Below are positions 1 to 10,091 of a stretch of DNA of 64,000 nt, one piece after another. The stretch's first letter is position 1; every line of letters begins with the position of its first letter. The DNA lies in the NCBI GenBank assembly GCA_034439575.1, contig JAWXAQ010000016.1, positions 224,001 through 288,000 on the forward strand. The letters run 5' to 3'. Below the pieces are notes generated by a model. The model had not been told where the DNA came from. It worked only from the letters and a program-made list of their open reading frames with translations, and did no database searches. The stretch is from Leptospira sp. Its GTDB lineage: Bacteria; Spirochaetota; Leptospiria; Leptospirales; Leptospiraceae. The position numbers and the translations under genes are program-made.

Positions 1-154
1 CTCCAAATAATATAAAAAAGGTAAAGGCCATAGAATAAATCATTCTATTTCTTGATTTTTCCTTTTGAAACCTTGTTGTGATAGAATTTTGAATCTTAGA
101 ATCAAAGTTAGGATCACTTAATAATTTTTCCCAATTTCGTTTATTGGATTTCAT
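1..154 (-). CDS. Partial small membrane protein, probable anti-sigma factor (runs off window)
   Basis: Hand translation from ATG at 154: MKSNKRNWEKLLSDPNFDSKIQ...RMIYSMAFTFFILFG, with a hydrophobic segment; overlaps the end of the ECF sigma gene. Confidence 0.6.
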   Translation of the reverse strand, partial: MKSNKRNWEKLLSDPNFDSKIQNSITTRFQKEKSRNRMIYSMAFTFFILFG

Positions 155-683
155 GTTTCAAATCTCCTATTAAATTTTCTCGTATCCAAACTTTAGCACG
201 AAACAAACGAGATTTAACCGTGCCTTGTTTCATAGATAATTCGGAAGATATTTCATCCATTGTTCTCCCCGCAAGATAGAGAGATAACGGTTTGTGATAT
301 ACACTTGGCACTTTGCTGAGTAGACTTGTGATCACCGAGATGTCCAATTCGTCCGAAGTTGAATCTTTAGCAAATTCAGAGAACAGACCTGCATCCAAAT
401 ATTTTTTTGCTTTAGTCTCTTCTTTAATTCGTTTTTGATTCATACGATTGGATTCGTTTTTTGCGATCTGATATATCCAAGTGGAAAGTTTAGAGTCGCC
501 ACGAAATTGCCCTTTTTTTATTGCTTTGTAAACACGAAAATACACCTCTTGGGCAACATCTTCTGTAGCATCATCAAAACGATCGATGAGAGTCTCACCG
601 ATCGTTTTTAGAACTAACAGTTTAGTTTCGGAGATGATCGTATCGAAATTTAAATCAATACGATCTATAAGTTTATTTTCCAA
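141..683 (-). CDS. ECF-type RNA polymerase sigma-70 factor
   Basis: Region 2 (EDVAQEVYFRVY, FRGDSKLSTWIYQIAKN) and region 4 (EISSELSMKQGTVKSRLFRAK). Confidence 0.9.
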   Translation of the reverse strand: MENKLIDRIDLNFDTIISETKLLVLKTIGETLIDRFDDATEDVAQEVYFRVYKAIKKGQFRGDSKLSTWIYQIAKNESNRMNQKRIKEETKAKKYLDAGLFSEFAKDSTSDELDISVITSLLSKVPSVYHKPLSLYLAGRTMDEISSELSMKQGTVKSRLFRAKVWIRENLIGDLKHEIQ

Positions 684-685
684 AT

Positions 686-1156
686 CTATTCTGCTGGGTT
701 GAATTTTTTAGAGAACTTCTCTACAAGTTCAGCTAATTTTTCTCTTTGTTCAGGTTTAAGAACAGCATGAAACTCGATCATCTTTGCTTGGAAAAATTTT
801 CTCATTTCAATATGGCGGACATCTTGTTCTGCACTGACTTTTTCTAATGATTTAACATCCACTGTATCTTTGCGGATTTGTGAAATCACTTCTGTCATCC
901 ATGCATCCCGTTTTGGTTTTAATTCTTTATGTTTTGCTACCAATTCTGTTTTTATGGACTGTAACTTTGTTTGTTGAGCCTCATCTAAGTCGAGTTTGGA
1001 GGTGAGTTTTTCTGATACCCATTCCATACGTTTTTCGAAATTATGATGCCCACGGCAGTTTGAAGCAAAAACGAAAGCGGCTACTGACACTAGGATGAAA
1101 AAAACCAATTTTGAAAATTTTAAAGTCTTATTCACAATGAATCTCCTTTGTTTCAA
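686..1156 (-). CDS. Spy/CpxP-family periplasmic helical protein
   Basis: Signal/lipoprotein-like N-terminus; two LTxxQ-like motifs (LDLDEAQQ, VLKPEQREK). Confidence 0.75.
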   Translation of the reverse strand: MKQRRFIVNKTLKFSKLVFFILVSVAAFVFASNCRGHHNFEKRMEWVSEKLTSKLDLDEAQQTKLQSIKTELVAKHKELKPKRDAWMTEVISQIRKDTVDVKSLEKVSAEQDVRHIEMRKFFQAKMIEFHAVLKPEQREKLAELVEKFSKKFNPAE

Positions 1157-1203
1157 TTCATGAGACCTAGAAAATGAGAATAAGTTCCCTAATGTAAAAA
1201 ATT

Positions 1204-1617
1204 TTAAGCGTGTTCAGTCAGTGTGTAACGGGACTGGATGTATTTCAAAAATTCAGGTTTATTTTCCAATTTCAAAACCATATTTTCTATCTTATAATCA
1301 TCTAAATCTTCGATCACTTTTGTGAGAATTTCTTCTTTTATATTTTCAGACAAATGACCTTGCAATAAAAATCCCGTATAATGATAGTTTGTATAAGAAG
1401 CGGATTGTGCTACTTCGGCAGTTTCCCAAGTATTTCCAGAAATTTGTTTGGTTTCAAAATTGATTTTTACAATGCCTAGTCTTGCCGAATAATATTCTAA
1501 AAAGTACAAACTGTCTTCTTTGAAATGAAAATCCAAGGCTGACGATATTCGTTCCAGTTCCCCTACTTTTCGCACAACGATACGATTTGGTCCTTTTAAA
1601 TAATATTCCAATTTCAT
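1204..1617 (-). CDS. Hypothetical protein
   Basis: ORF in the minus-strand gene run; likely start MKLEYY just after the upstream stop. Confidence 0.6.
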   Translation of the reverse strand: MKLEYYLKGPNRIVVRKVGELERISSALDFHFKEDSLYFLEYYSARLGIVKINFETKQISGNTWETAEVAQSASYTNYHYTGFLLQGHLSENIKEEILTKVIEDLDDYKIENMVLKLENKPEFLKYIQSRYTLTEHA

Positions 1618-1625
1618 AAATTCAC

Positions 1626-2261
1626 TTATCCTATAAGAGGTGTCTTTCCTTTCCAAACCTTGGCTTCGGCTTCGCGGATTAAAAAATCAGCACAATCGAG
1701 TCTAGATATCTTTCCAGCAGTAATGCCCTCTAAATCTTCCATACATCTATAAACTCCGGTTAGTTCACCGTCATTCAAAAAACCAGGTCTGACGATCACC
1801 CAATCTAATTTTGACAAACGAACTAGGATCTCTTGGCGATTTTTGTCTTGGTAATCCTTTCTTAAGATCACTGGTTTTACAAATTTATCGTAAAAAAATC
1901 CACCATGCCCAGCACTTTCCCCAGCCCCAATACCAGTCACTACCATTAAATATGCCTTTGGATTCCATCCTAGGAGTGTATCGATAATATTTTTCGTACC
2001 TTCTGAATATAAATTCACCTTACATAAGCTAATCGGATGACCGAGACTCACGACAACGGCACTCGCTCCTTGGACGACTTCTTTCACTTTTTCTTTATCA
2101 AGAACTGATCCCGTAAAGGTTGTCAAATTTTCATGCGGTGGGAGTGGCAGTTGACTTCGCGATAAGGTTCTTACTTTCCAACCTCTTTCCATAGCTACAG
2201 AAACTGTTGCTAGTCCAATACCTTTCGATGCTCCAATGACGGCCAATGTTTTTAAACTCAT
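1626..2261 (-). CDS. NAD(P)H-binding (atypical SDR/flavin reductase-like) oxidoreductase
   Basis: Rossmann VIGASKGIG; DWVIVRPGFL; ISRLDCADF. Confidence 0.85.
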   Translation of the reverse strand: MSLKTLAVIGASKGIGLATVSVAMERGWKVRTLSRSQLPLPPHENLTTFTGSVLDKEKVKEVVQGASAVVVSLGHPISLCKVNLYSEGTKNIIDTLLGWNPKAYLMVVTGIGAGESAGHGGFFYDKFVKPVILRKDYQDKNRQEILVRLSKLDWVIVRPGFLNDGELTGVYRCMEDLEGITAGKISRLDCADFLIREAEAKVWKGKTPLIG

Positions 2262-2265
2262 ATAA

Positions 2266-2955
2266 CTAGTCTCCTGCGATGAAGATTGTCATCATCCACT
2301 TCTGTTTCTTTTTTTCAAAAAAAATGCGATAATCAAGTGGGCTTCGCAAATATTTATCACAGATAAATCCTGAAGTTCCATCAAAGAGACAAACTTTTTG
2401 CCAATTGCAATCACCCTTGTTTAATTTTTTATCTAAATCATTGGTAACTGGCGAAGAAGAATCAGATCCTACAATATCATAACTTAATTTTTTAATTACC
2501 TTGGCATTCATATGTGCATCTTCTCTGATATTCACATTTGTTCCGTTAACTACATAAAACATAAAAGGATCTAAGTCTTCAGGGAAGGTTTCAAAAAGAT
2601 ATGGAGCCACAAAATGACCTTCTTTATTTTGATAAAAACCTAACTTTATGGTGCTTTCAAATATTTCCCAAATGTTTGATTTTTTTGGATTTTGATTCAA
2701 TGCAAATGCCTTAAAAAATTGTTTTTTGCCAGATTCTCCGCCGAAAGAGAAATGAATTTCTGGATCAGTAATCTCTTGTAAAAATTTAACATCTTTTTGT
2801 TTAATAGCGTTTGTTAGGTTATTTGAAAATTTAACAAAACTTTCATCTTTACTAGATTCGTTTTTTGGTTTTAAGATTCTGCCTTTAAAGGGTTCACAAG
2901 GGATTAATAAACTTATAGGAAAACATAACAGCAAAACATACAAAAATTGATTCAT
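2266..2955 (-). CDS. Exported protein with SH3b-like domain
   Basis: Signal peptide; NVNIREDA...WQKV...GTSGFI pattern typical of bacterial SH3. Confidence 0.6.
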   Translation of the reverse strand: MNQFLYVLLLCFPISLLIPCEPFKGRILKPKNESSKDESFVKFSNNLTNAIKQKDVKFLQEITDPEIHFSFGGESGKKQFFKAFALNQNPKKSNIWEIFESTIKLGFYQNKEGHFVAPYLFETFPEDLDPFMFYVVNGTNVNIREDAHMNAKVIKKLSYDIVGSDSSSPVTNDLDKKLNKGDCNWQKVCLFDGTSGFICDKYLRSPLDYRIFFEKKKQKWMMTIFIAGD

Positions 2956-3077
2956 ATTGGAAAATGTTCGTTATAGCGAACTCAAATTCAAATCAATTTA
3001 TTTCATTTTGATAAGGGAATTTGCCCAATAAATAAAAAAGTACGTGCCTCCTAGTATCAGAAAACAAGAGTCAAACA

Positions 3078-3623
3078 ATGAATGATAAAGAAAAACGATT
3101 CTATGAAATGAGATCACAATTGAACAATACGATTGATGATTCATTTAAACTCTTTGATTCTCTTGATACTGTTTCTTTGTTCTATATGATGGGAAGATGG
3201 AAAGGTTCCGGATTTCATACGGGTCACACTATGGATGGTGCTCTAGAAACTTTCAATTGGTACGGAAAAGAATTTGTAGATGAAGACAATGTGCATCCTC
3301 TGGTTTTTAAATCCTTTGGGAAATCATTATTCAAAGTCAACCCAAGCCGTATGCCAGTTCGTTTAGCAACGATTATACCCTCAACTAAACTTTGGCCTCT
3401 TAAATATCTTTTTCTTTGTATTCGATTTTTGTTTCAAACGTCTAAGTCAAAAGCAAGAGTTCGTTTAACAGAATTTAGAGGCAAATTGACAGCCACCATG
3501 ATTTATGACAATTTACCGATTCATGATGTTTTCCGCAAAGTAAACCAAAACACATTACTTGGCTGTATGGATTACAAAGGTATGAAACAACCCTTCTTTT
3601 TTGTTTTGGAAAGAGACCAATAA
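3078..3623 (+). CDS. GXWXG/DUF4334 domain protein
   Basis: MMGRWKGSGFHTGH, WYGKEF, ATMIYDNLPIHDVFRKV. Confidence 0.85.
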   Translation: MNDKEKRFYEMRSQLNNTIDDSFKLFDSLDTVSLFYMMGRWKGSGFHTGHTMDGALETFNWYGKEFVDEDNVHPLVFKSFGKSLFKVNPSRMPVRLATIIPSTKLWPLKYLFLCIRFLFQTSKSKARVRLTEFRGKLTATMIYDNLPIHDVFRKVNQNTLLGCMDYKGMKQPFFFVLERDQ

Positions 3624-3636
3624 TTTTAAAGTCAAA

Positions 3637-3746
3637 GCCCGCGCCACCGATTGGAGCGGAAATCGCTACCGGCGATTGGAGCGAAAAGCGGGATCGGCTA
3701 CTCTATAGCACATGGGCAATTGGGAGAGACCCCGAGGCGCCCCAAG
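3637..3746. repeat. GC-rich REP-like intergenic element
   Basis: Direct repeat CGATTGGAGCG at 3648 and 3673; hairpin AATCGC/GCGATT 3661-3677; CCCGC/GCGGG 3638/3688; GC-rich against AT-rich flanks. Confidence 0.6.
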
Positions 3747-3822
3747 GTTTTTAGAAAAACTTTTTAAGAGACATAATTTTTTCCTTTAGAAATCCCAAAT
3801 ATCCACCGAAGTTCTTAGTAGA

Positions 3823-4455
3823 ATGGAAATTTCAAACTTACCCTCACTGCAGTCTGTGTTCTCGAGAATGCGTGAATTGGAAAAACTCACGACAGATCCA
3901 AGCCAAGTGCTCACTTTTCCTGAGATGATCGAACGTGAATTGGGTAGGTCAAAAACTAGTAACAATGGGGCTGAAAAAATTGATCCAAACACGAGAGATC
4001 AAAATTTTAAACCTCCACTTTTGCCACCAACAGATATTTCTAGCACCAAACAAAGCGCACTGCGAGATGATGGTCTTGAGTCCTTTATCCAAAAAACGGC
4101 TGAAGCCAAAGGCATCGATCCTAACCTAGTTAAGGCGGTGATCAAAACAGAATCTGGTTTTAAACCCAATGCTGTTTCACCAAAGGGAGCACTTGGGCTT
4201 ATGCAACTTATGCCATCGACTGCTGATATGCTTGGCGTGGATGATCCCATGGATCCGAAAGAAAATATCATCGGTGGGACAACGTATCTTAAAGATATGT
4301 TAACGAAGTTTGGTGATACAGAAAAAGCACTCGCGGCATACAATGCTGGTCCTGGGGCAGTTAAAAAATATGGTGGTGTCCCACCTTATGCAGAAACACA
4401 AGATTACATTCAAAAAGTAAAAAAGAATTTTTATAAGTATTCGAAAGAAGACTGA
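3823..4455 (+). CDS. Lytic transglycosylase (SLT domain)
   Basis: AVIKTESGF, GALGLMQLMPSTA, ALAAYNAGPG, ETQDYI motifs. Confidence 0.95.
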   Translation: MEISNLPSLQSVFSRMRELEKLTTDPSQVLTFPEMIERELGRSKTSNNGAEKIDPNTRDQNFKPPLLPPTDISSTKQSALRDDGLESFIQKTAEAKGIDPNLVKAVIKTESGFKPNAVSPKGALGLMQLMPSTADMLGVDDPMDPKENIIGGTTYLKDMLTKFGDTEKALAAYNAGPGAVKKYGGVPPYAETQDYIQKVKKNFYKYSKED

Positions 4456-4485
4456 ATTAAAAAAATAATCCTTAGATCCTCTCTA

Positions 4486-5817
4486 TCAAAAGAGAGAGCT
4501 ATAACCAAAAAAGTTCTGCAATTTCTTCACATAACTTTGATACGCATTTTTGACAGGAAGATTGGTCCAAGTTTCATTTACTTTTTTCAAAATAAAATCA
4601 AGAGCTGGATAACTTTTGAGTCTATCTTGCAATCCTTTTTGCATTAAAATGGAATCTTCGCCAAGAGGCACAAGTCCTACTAGGCGCCCACCCCGTTTTC
4701 CCAGCATGGTTTTTTGTATCAATAGAACATCCTGTGACCAAATCCCCGATGTGTACAAAAATGATTTCGCAGTAGGATTCTCTGTTTTAGAATAAAAAGT
4801 CTTTGTTTTTGTCGCAAAATAAAGGGAATAGGAAAATTCTTTGGGCAAATAAATAGGATCTGATTTTAATACACTGGCCTGTCCATAGGCTTTTGTGATG
4901 GAAGAGGTTTTTAATTCCCAAGGTTCTTTTTCAGAATTTGTTACGTCTCGGTATATAAAGAAAATGGATACACCAACTAATATAAGTGTTACGACCGAAG
5001 CTGTATAAGTATTTAGCTCTTTTTCAGTTTTTAAAAGTATATGCCCAATCCCTACGAGTAACATAGGCAAAATTATATATTTTGAAATGGAAAACCATTC
5101 ACCAAACAGAGTGGATACGGAGCCAGGGCCTAGAAAATCAAAGTATGATATAAGCACGAGACTGATGGCAAAAAAGATAAGATAGCTTGTAACAAAGATA
5201 AAAGGTATGTTTTTCTTTTTGTAAAATACGGAAGTCCTTTGAGCTTGCCGTCTTGCTCCACGAATTCCAGAGAAGATCACAAAAAATGAAAATCCCAAAA
5301 AGAACATAGTGAAACTTGAGAAAAATGCAAGTAGGGTCAATACTGGGAAAACAATAAGATCTGTTAGTTTTTCAAAACGGAATGTCAAAAATACAAGAAG
5401 GATAAAAACAAGACAAACTGTTTCGGGAAAGTAAGTCGTAGGGAAAACATACGAAAATGGAAGGAAGGCCGCTAAAAACAAAAATAGATAGTGATTTCTC
5501 CCCCAAGAATCCCGACGCAGAAGCAGTAAAAATAAATGTAAAAACGTACTGTAGAAAAATGCGGCTAACGAAAGAAATGCGGGAATGTAATTTAGTCCTG
5601 TAATTTTTTTCCAAATAAGGAGCAGTGCAAATGGGAGAGGCTCTCTTGCAGTATAAAACCCCCCTTCTTCTGTAAGTGACTTCAAATTCGCTAAATACTC
5701 CCACTCCGTCTCCCAAGTCGGGAAAGGTCTGAAGCTGGAAAAGATGGTAAAGCAAATTGCCAAAACCAAAATGCTAAAAAGGAAGGAAGGGATGGAAATA
5801 GGTTTTGGTTCTCGCAT
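4486..5817 (-). CDS. Multi-pass membrane protein, hypothetical
   Basis: 443-aa ORF with many hydrophobic segments. Confidence 0.75.
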   Translation of the reverse strand: MREPKPISIPSFLFSILVLAICFTIFSSFRPFPTWETEWEYLANLKSLTEEGGFYTAREPLPFALLLIWKKITGLNYIPAFLSLAAFFYSTFLHLFLLLLRRDSWGRNHYLFLFLAAFLPFSYVFPTTYFPETVCLVFILLVFLTFRFEKLTDLIVFPVLTLLAFFSSFTMFFLGFSFFVIFSGIRGARRQAQRTSVFYKKKNIPFIFVTSYLIFFAISLVLISYFDFLGPGSVSTLFGEWFSISKYIILPMLLVGIGHILLKTEKELNTYTASVVTLILVGVSIFFIYRDVTNSEKEPWELKTSSITKAYGQASVLKSDPIYLPKEFSYSLYFATKTKTFYSKTENPTAKSFLYTSGIWSQDVLLIQKTMLGKRGGRLVGLVPLGEDSILMQKGLQDRLKSYPALDFILKKVNETWTNLPVKNAYQSYVKKLQNFFGYSSLF

Positions 5818-5918
5818 TGTGAAAAGCCATAAAATAGGCTATTCCTTTGATAAATTTTAGGTGAAATTATTCCAGAATAATTTCGATTATACATAGAATT
5901 TATAAAAAGAGGCGCAAA

Positions 5919-7943
5919 ATGTCCATGGAGAAAAAAGAATATCTCCTCCACGATGAGAAAGGTCAGGCTACTCCTGACAAACCTTGGATTTTTAGGACTT
6001 ATGCAGGACATACCAATGCAAAGGCCTCCAATGAGCTTTATAGAAAGAACCTTTCTAAAGGCCAAACGGGGCTTTCTATAGCCTTCGATCTCCCTACACA
6101 ATGCGGTTATAGTTCCGACCACGCTGTTTCGCGACCTGAAATCGGAAAGGTGGGAGTTCCCATCAATTCCCTGGAAGATTTTAGAATCCTTTTTGATCAA
6201 ATACCCATTGAAGAAATGAACACTTCCATGACGATCAATGGGACCTCTATGTGGTTACTTTCACTCTATGTGGCACTTGCCCAAGAGCGAGGTGTCCCTC
6301 TAGAAAAATTAAACGGGACAACACAAAACGATCTGATCAAGGAATATCTAGCTCGGGGAACCTATATTTATCCGCCAGGTGAATCGATGAAGATCATTGT
6401 GGATATGTATGAATATTGCCTTCATAATATTCCAAAATGGAATCCATCTAACATTTGTTCCTACCATTTGCAAGAAGCAGGTGCCACTCCCGTCCAAGAA
6501 CTTTCCTTTGCACTAGCTACAGCAATCGCTGTGCTCGATGCGATCAAAGAAAGAAATTGTTTTACGGCTGAAGAGTTTGAGCAATGCGTCGGACGCATTT
6601 CATTTTTTGTCAATGCGGGCATTCGCTTCGTAGAAGAGATGTGCAAAATGCGTGCTTTCTCTGAATTATGGGAAGAAATCACTAAAGAACGTTATGCGGT
6701 TAAAAATCCAAAGTACAGAGTGTTTCGTTATGGCGTTCAAGTAAATTCACTTGGCCTTACTGAAGAACAGCCAGAGAACAATGCTTGGAGGATCATTTTA
6801 GAATCACTTGGTGTCACTCTTTCTAGAAAAGCGAGATGTCGCGCCTTACAATTGCCAGCTTGGAATGAAGCATTATCCCTACCACGCCCTTGGGACCAAC
6901 AATGGTCACTTCGCCTGCAACAAGTCTTAGCTTATGAAACTGACCTTTTGGAATACCCAGACCTTTTTGATGGCTCAAAAGTGATAGAAGGAAAAGTTAA
7001 GGCACTTAAAGACGAAGCAAATCTTGAGATCAAAAAAATCTTGGATATGGGTGGAGCTCTTGTTGCGATTGATAATGGTTATATGAAATCACAGCTTGTG
7101 AAATCACAGACAGAAAGACTCTCCAAGATCAATTCGAATGAATTAATCATTGTTGGGAAAAACAAATGGACGGAAGGTATCAAGTCTCCACTAATGACTG
7201 ACACCGACGGTGGTATATTTAAAGTCGATCCAAAGTCAGCTGAACAAACATTAGGTGTTTTGGCAGAAGTAAAATCTCGAAGGGACAATGTAAAAGCCTC
7301 GAAGGCATTGGCAGATTTAAAACAAGCAGCTAAAGATGGTAAAAATTTAATGGAGTATTCTATCGAATGTGCCAAAGCTTTAATCACTACTGGGGAATGG
7401 GCAGATGCACTTCGTGATGTATATGGAGAGTACAATCCGCCAACCGGTGTGGAAGGCCAAAAACTTTTTTTAACTGACGATAAAGTCGCATCAGTTCGTG
7501 CGAAAGTCGAAGCCTTCACAAAGGCCCGCGGCCATAGACCAAAGATGGTTGTCGGTAAACCTGGATTAGATGGACATTCCAATGGTGCAGAAATGATCGC
7601 AGTATCAGCAAAACATAGTGGATTTGATGTGATATACTCTGGAATCAGACTTTCTCCAGAAGATATCGTTCAATCTGCCGTAGAGGAAAATGCTGACGTG
7701 ATCGGGATTTCTATTTTGTCAGGATCTCACAAAGAAATCGTGAAACAACTATTTGATGAGTTAGATCATTACAAAGCTAAAGATAAAATTCCGGTTGTCA
7801 TTGGTGGCATAATCCCCGAATCGGATTTTGCAGAACTAAAAGCAATGGGTATCAAAGAAATTTTTACTCCAAAAGATTATGATTTGATGTCCATCATGAA
7901 CAAAGTGGTAGATATAATTTCCAAAGAAGCGATCATCGCTTAA
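5919..7943 (+). CDS. meaA: B12-dependent acyl-CoA mutase, MeaA/ethylmalonyl-CoA mutase type
   Basis: PWIFRTYAGH, GLSIAFDLPTQ, cobalamin-binding KPGLDGHSNGA and SILSGSH. Confidence 0.9.
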   Translation: MSMEKKEYLLHDEKGQATPDKPWIFRTYAGHTNAKASNELYRKNLSKGQTGLSIAFDLPTQCGYSSDHAVSRPEIGKVGVPINSLEDFRILFDQIPIEEMNTSMTINGTSMWLLSLYVALAQERGVPLEKLNGTTQNDLIKEYLARGTYIYPPGESMKIIVDMYEYCLHNIPKWNPSNICSYHLQEAGATPVQELSFALATAIAVLDAIKERNCFTAEEFEQCVGRISFFVNAGIRFVEEMCKMRAFSELWEEITKERYAVKNPKYRVFRYGVQVNSLGLTEEQPENNAWRIILESLGVTLSRKARCRALQLPAWNEALSLPRPWDQQWSLRLQQVLAYETDLLEYPDLFDGSKVIEGKVKALKDEANLEIKKILDMGGALVAIDNGYMKSQLVKSQTERLSKINSNELIIVGKNKWTEGIKSPLMTDTDGGIFKVDPKSAEQTLGVLAEVKSRRDNVKASKALADLKQAAKDGKNLMEYSIECAKALITTGEWADALRDVYGEYNPPTGVEGQKLFLTDDKVASVRAKVEAFTKARGHRPKMVVGKPGLDGHSNGAEMIAVSAKHSGFDVIYSGIRLSPEDIVQSAVEENADVIGISILSGSHKEIVKQLFDELDHYKAKDKIPVVIGGIIPESDFAELKAMGIKEIFTPKDYDLMSIMNKVVDIISKEAIIA

Positions 7944-7947
7944 GAAA

Positions 7948-9099
7948 TTGGATACCCCAAAATTTAAGATACTTGTGGTTGAGGACAATGAACTCAACCG
8001 CAAGATCATCGTTCAAAAATTAATTAAAAATAATTACCAGGTCAATGAAGCTGAAAATGGCCACATAGCATTAGAGAAAGAAAAATCTTGGAAACCTGAT
8101 TTAATATTACTTGATATCATGATGCCTGAGTTAGACGGCCTCCAAGTATTGAAAATACTCAGAGAGACTAAATCACAAGCAGAGTTGCCGATCATTCTTG
8201 TCACTGCGATGCAAGATTCAGAAGATATAGTCAAAGGATTTCAGTTAGGTGCAAATGACTACCTCCCAAAAAACTACAATACCGAGGAATTACTGGCTCG
8301 AGTTAATACTGCAATTCAAATTAGATACTATCATAAATTATTAAAAGAAAGAAACAATACAATCGAACGAGAGCTTGATATGGCAAGACTCATTCAGAAA
8401 AAAATTCTCCCTATCCAATCTCCAAATTTACCAGGTTATGTGATAGGATCTTTATACATACCTATGGATAAAATCGGAGGAGATTTTTTTGATTATATCG
8501 AAGGACCAGAGTATTGCGATTTTTTTATGGCCGATGTATCTGGCCATGGAGTTCCTGGGGCACTCATAGCTTCTATTTTAAAAATGTCTGTTCAGTACTT
8601 AATGGAATCTCATCTCACTCCCCCTGAGATGCTACATATTATGGACAAAGCAGTATCGGAACGTGGTGCCCTTGGGATGTTTGCTACAGGAATGATCGTG
8701 AGGTTGTTTCTCGACACAAATAAAATTCTATATTCCAATGCTGGGCATCATGCTCTTCTGCTTCACAGACGCTCAAATGATACTTTTATAGAATTAACAA
8801 CTGTGGGTGCACCTCTCGGAATCAATTATGATTTTAAAATGAAGCCGTATGTGTCCGAAGAATTCCAATTAGAACTAGGAGACCGCCTAATACTATATAC
8901 AGATGGAATTATAGAAGCCATGGATGAATGCCAAAATGAATTTGGTAATGAAGAATGGCATAATTTTTTAATAAAAAACAAAAATACGAAAATTGAAGAA
9001 CTCTCAATTTTATTGATGGAAAATTTGAAATCTTTTTCAAAGCAAAATTCCTTTGAAGATGATATCACTTGGATAGTTATTGATTACATTGGCAATTAA
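7948..9099 (+). CDS. Response regulator receiver + SpoIIE/PP2C phosphatase
   Basis: REC (VVEDN, LLDIMMP, DYLPK); PP2C (GGDFFD, ADVSGHG, YTDGI, DDIT). Confidence 0.92.
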   Translation: MDTPKFKILVVEDNELNRKIIVQKLIKNNYQVNEAENGHIALEKEKSWKPDLILLDIMMPELDGLQVLKILRETKSQAELPIILVTAMQDSEDIVKGFQLGANDYLPKNYNTEELLARVNTAIQIRYYHKLLKERNNTIERELDMARLIQKKILPIQSPNLPGYVIGSLYIPMDKIGGDFFDYIEGPEYCDFFMADVSGHGVPGALIASILKMSVQYLMESHLTPPEMLHIMDKAVSERGALGMFATGMIVRLFLDTNKILYSNAGHHALLLHRRSNDTFIELTTVGAPLGINYDFKMKPYVSEEFQLELGDRLILYTDGIIEAMDECQNEFGNEEWHNFLIKNKNTKIEELSILLMENLKSFSKQNSFEDDITWIVIDYIGN

Positions 9100-9103
9100 C
9101 AAT

Positions 9104-10087
9104 ATGGAAGAAAAAATAAATCAACTAATTGACGAAGCTTTCTTAGGTGAAAAGTATTCCATCGCTAAGATTATTTCTATGATCGAAACTAGAAACAATC
9201 TTGAATTTAGAAAAAATCTATTTCAAAAACTAAATGAAAAAGGAAGTGATGTAAATTCTCTAAGCATTGGCATCACAGGCACTCCAGGTGCTGGCAAATC
9301 GTCCCTTCTTGGTGAAATTTGTAAAGATTTCCTAACATTTGCACCTGATAAAAAAATGGCGATCGTTGCCATCGATCCATCATCTAATATCAGCGGAGGT
9401 TCTATTCTTGGAGATAGAACAAGAGTAACTTTGCCTAGGCGAGAAAATCGCATTTATTTCAGATCCCAACCTTCACAATTAGAACTTGGAGGATTAAATC
9501 CCTATACTTACCATGTGATTCGTTTTTTGAGATTTATTTTTGATTATGTTTTTATAGAGACTGTTGGGATCGGGCAAAACGAAATTTCAGTCTCTCTGAT
9601 TACAGACTTATCTTTTCTCGTTATGCAGCCTTTAGGTGGCGACCAAGTCCAATTTATGAAAAGCGGAATCATGGAAGTTCCCGATGCTTTTATCATAAAT
9701 AAATGTGATGAGGAAAGTCTTGCCAATGCCAGTTATCATATGTTAGAAACTACACTTTCATTTTTAAAAGACATTCTTCCCGATCAAAAACTTCCTCCGA
9801 TTTTTAAAACTTCAGTTATGAAAAAAACAGGGATCAAGGAACTACTCAAATTTATTTTGTTTTATGAAAAACGAAGCGATAAATCAAAAGAAACAAGAAT
9901 ACAATTATCAAAATGGATTGAAAGTGAATTTGGGCAATGGGGCAAAAGACTTATCAATGATTCAGAAAAAAATAATAATATATTCGAACGTTTTGTTCGG
10001 GCGAATCCATATGATTCAGTAACAAATATAAGCTATGAAAAATTGGAAGAAGCTGCCTTATTTAAAATCAATAGTCACATAAACTAA
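9104..10087 (+). CDS. meaB: MeaB/ArgK-family GTPase, mutase chaperone
   Basis: GITGTPGAGKSS, AIDPSS, GGSILGDRTR, IETVGIGQ, INKCD. Confidence 0.9.
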   Translation: MEEKINQLIDEAFLGEKYSIAKIISMIETRNNLEFRKNLFQKLNEKGSDVNSLSIGITGTPGAGKSSLLGEICKDFLTFAPDKKMAIVAIDPSSNISGGSILGDRTRVTLPRRENRIYFRSQPSQLELGGLNPYTYHVIRFLRFIFDYVFIETVGIGQNEISVSLITDLSFLVMQPLGGDQVQFMKSGIMEVPDAFIINKCDEESLANASYHMLETTLSFLKDILPDQKLPPIFKTSVMKKTGIKELLKFILFYEKRSDKSKETRIQLSKWIESEFGQWGKRLINDSEKNNNIFERFVRANPYDSVTNISYEKLEEAALFKINSHIN

Positions 10088-10091
10088 TGAA

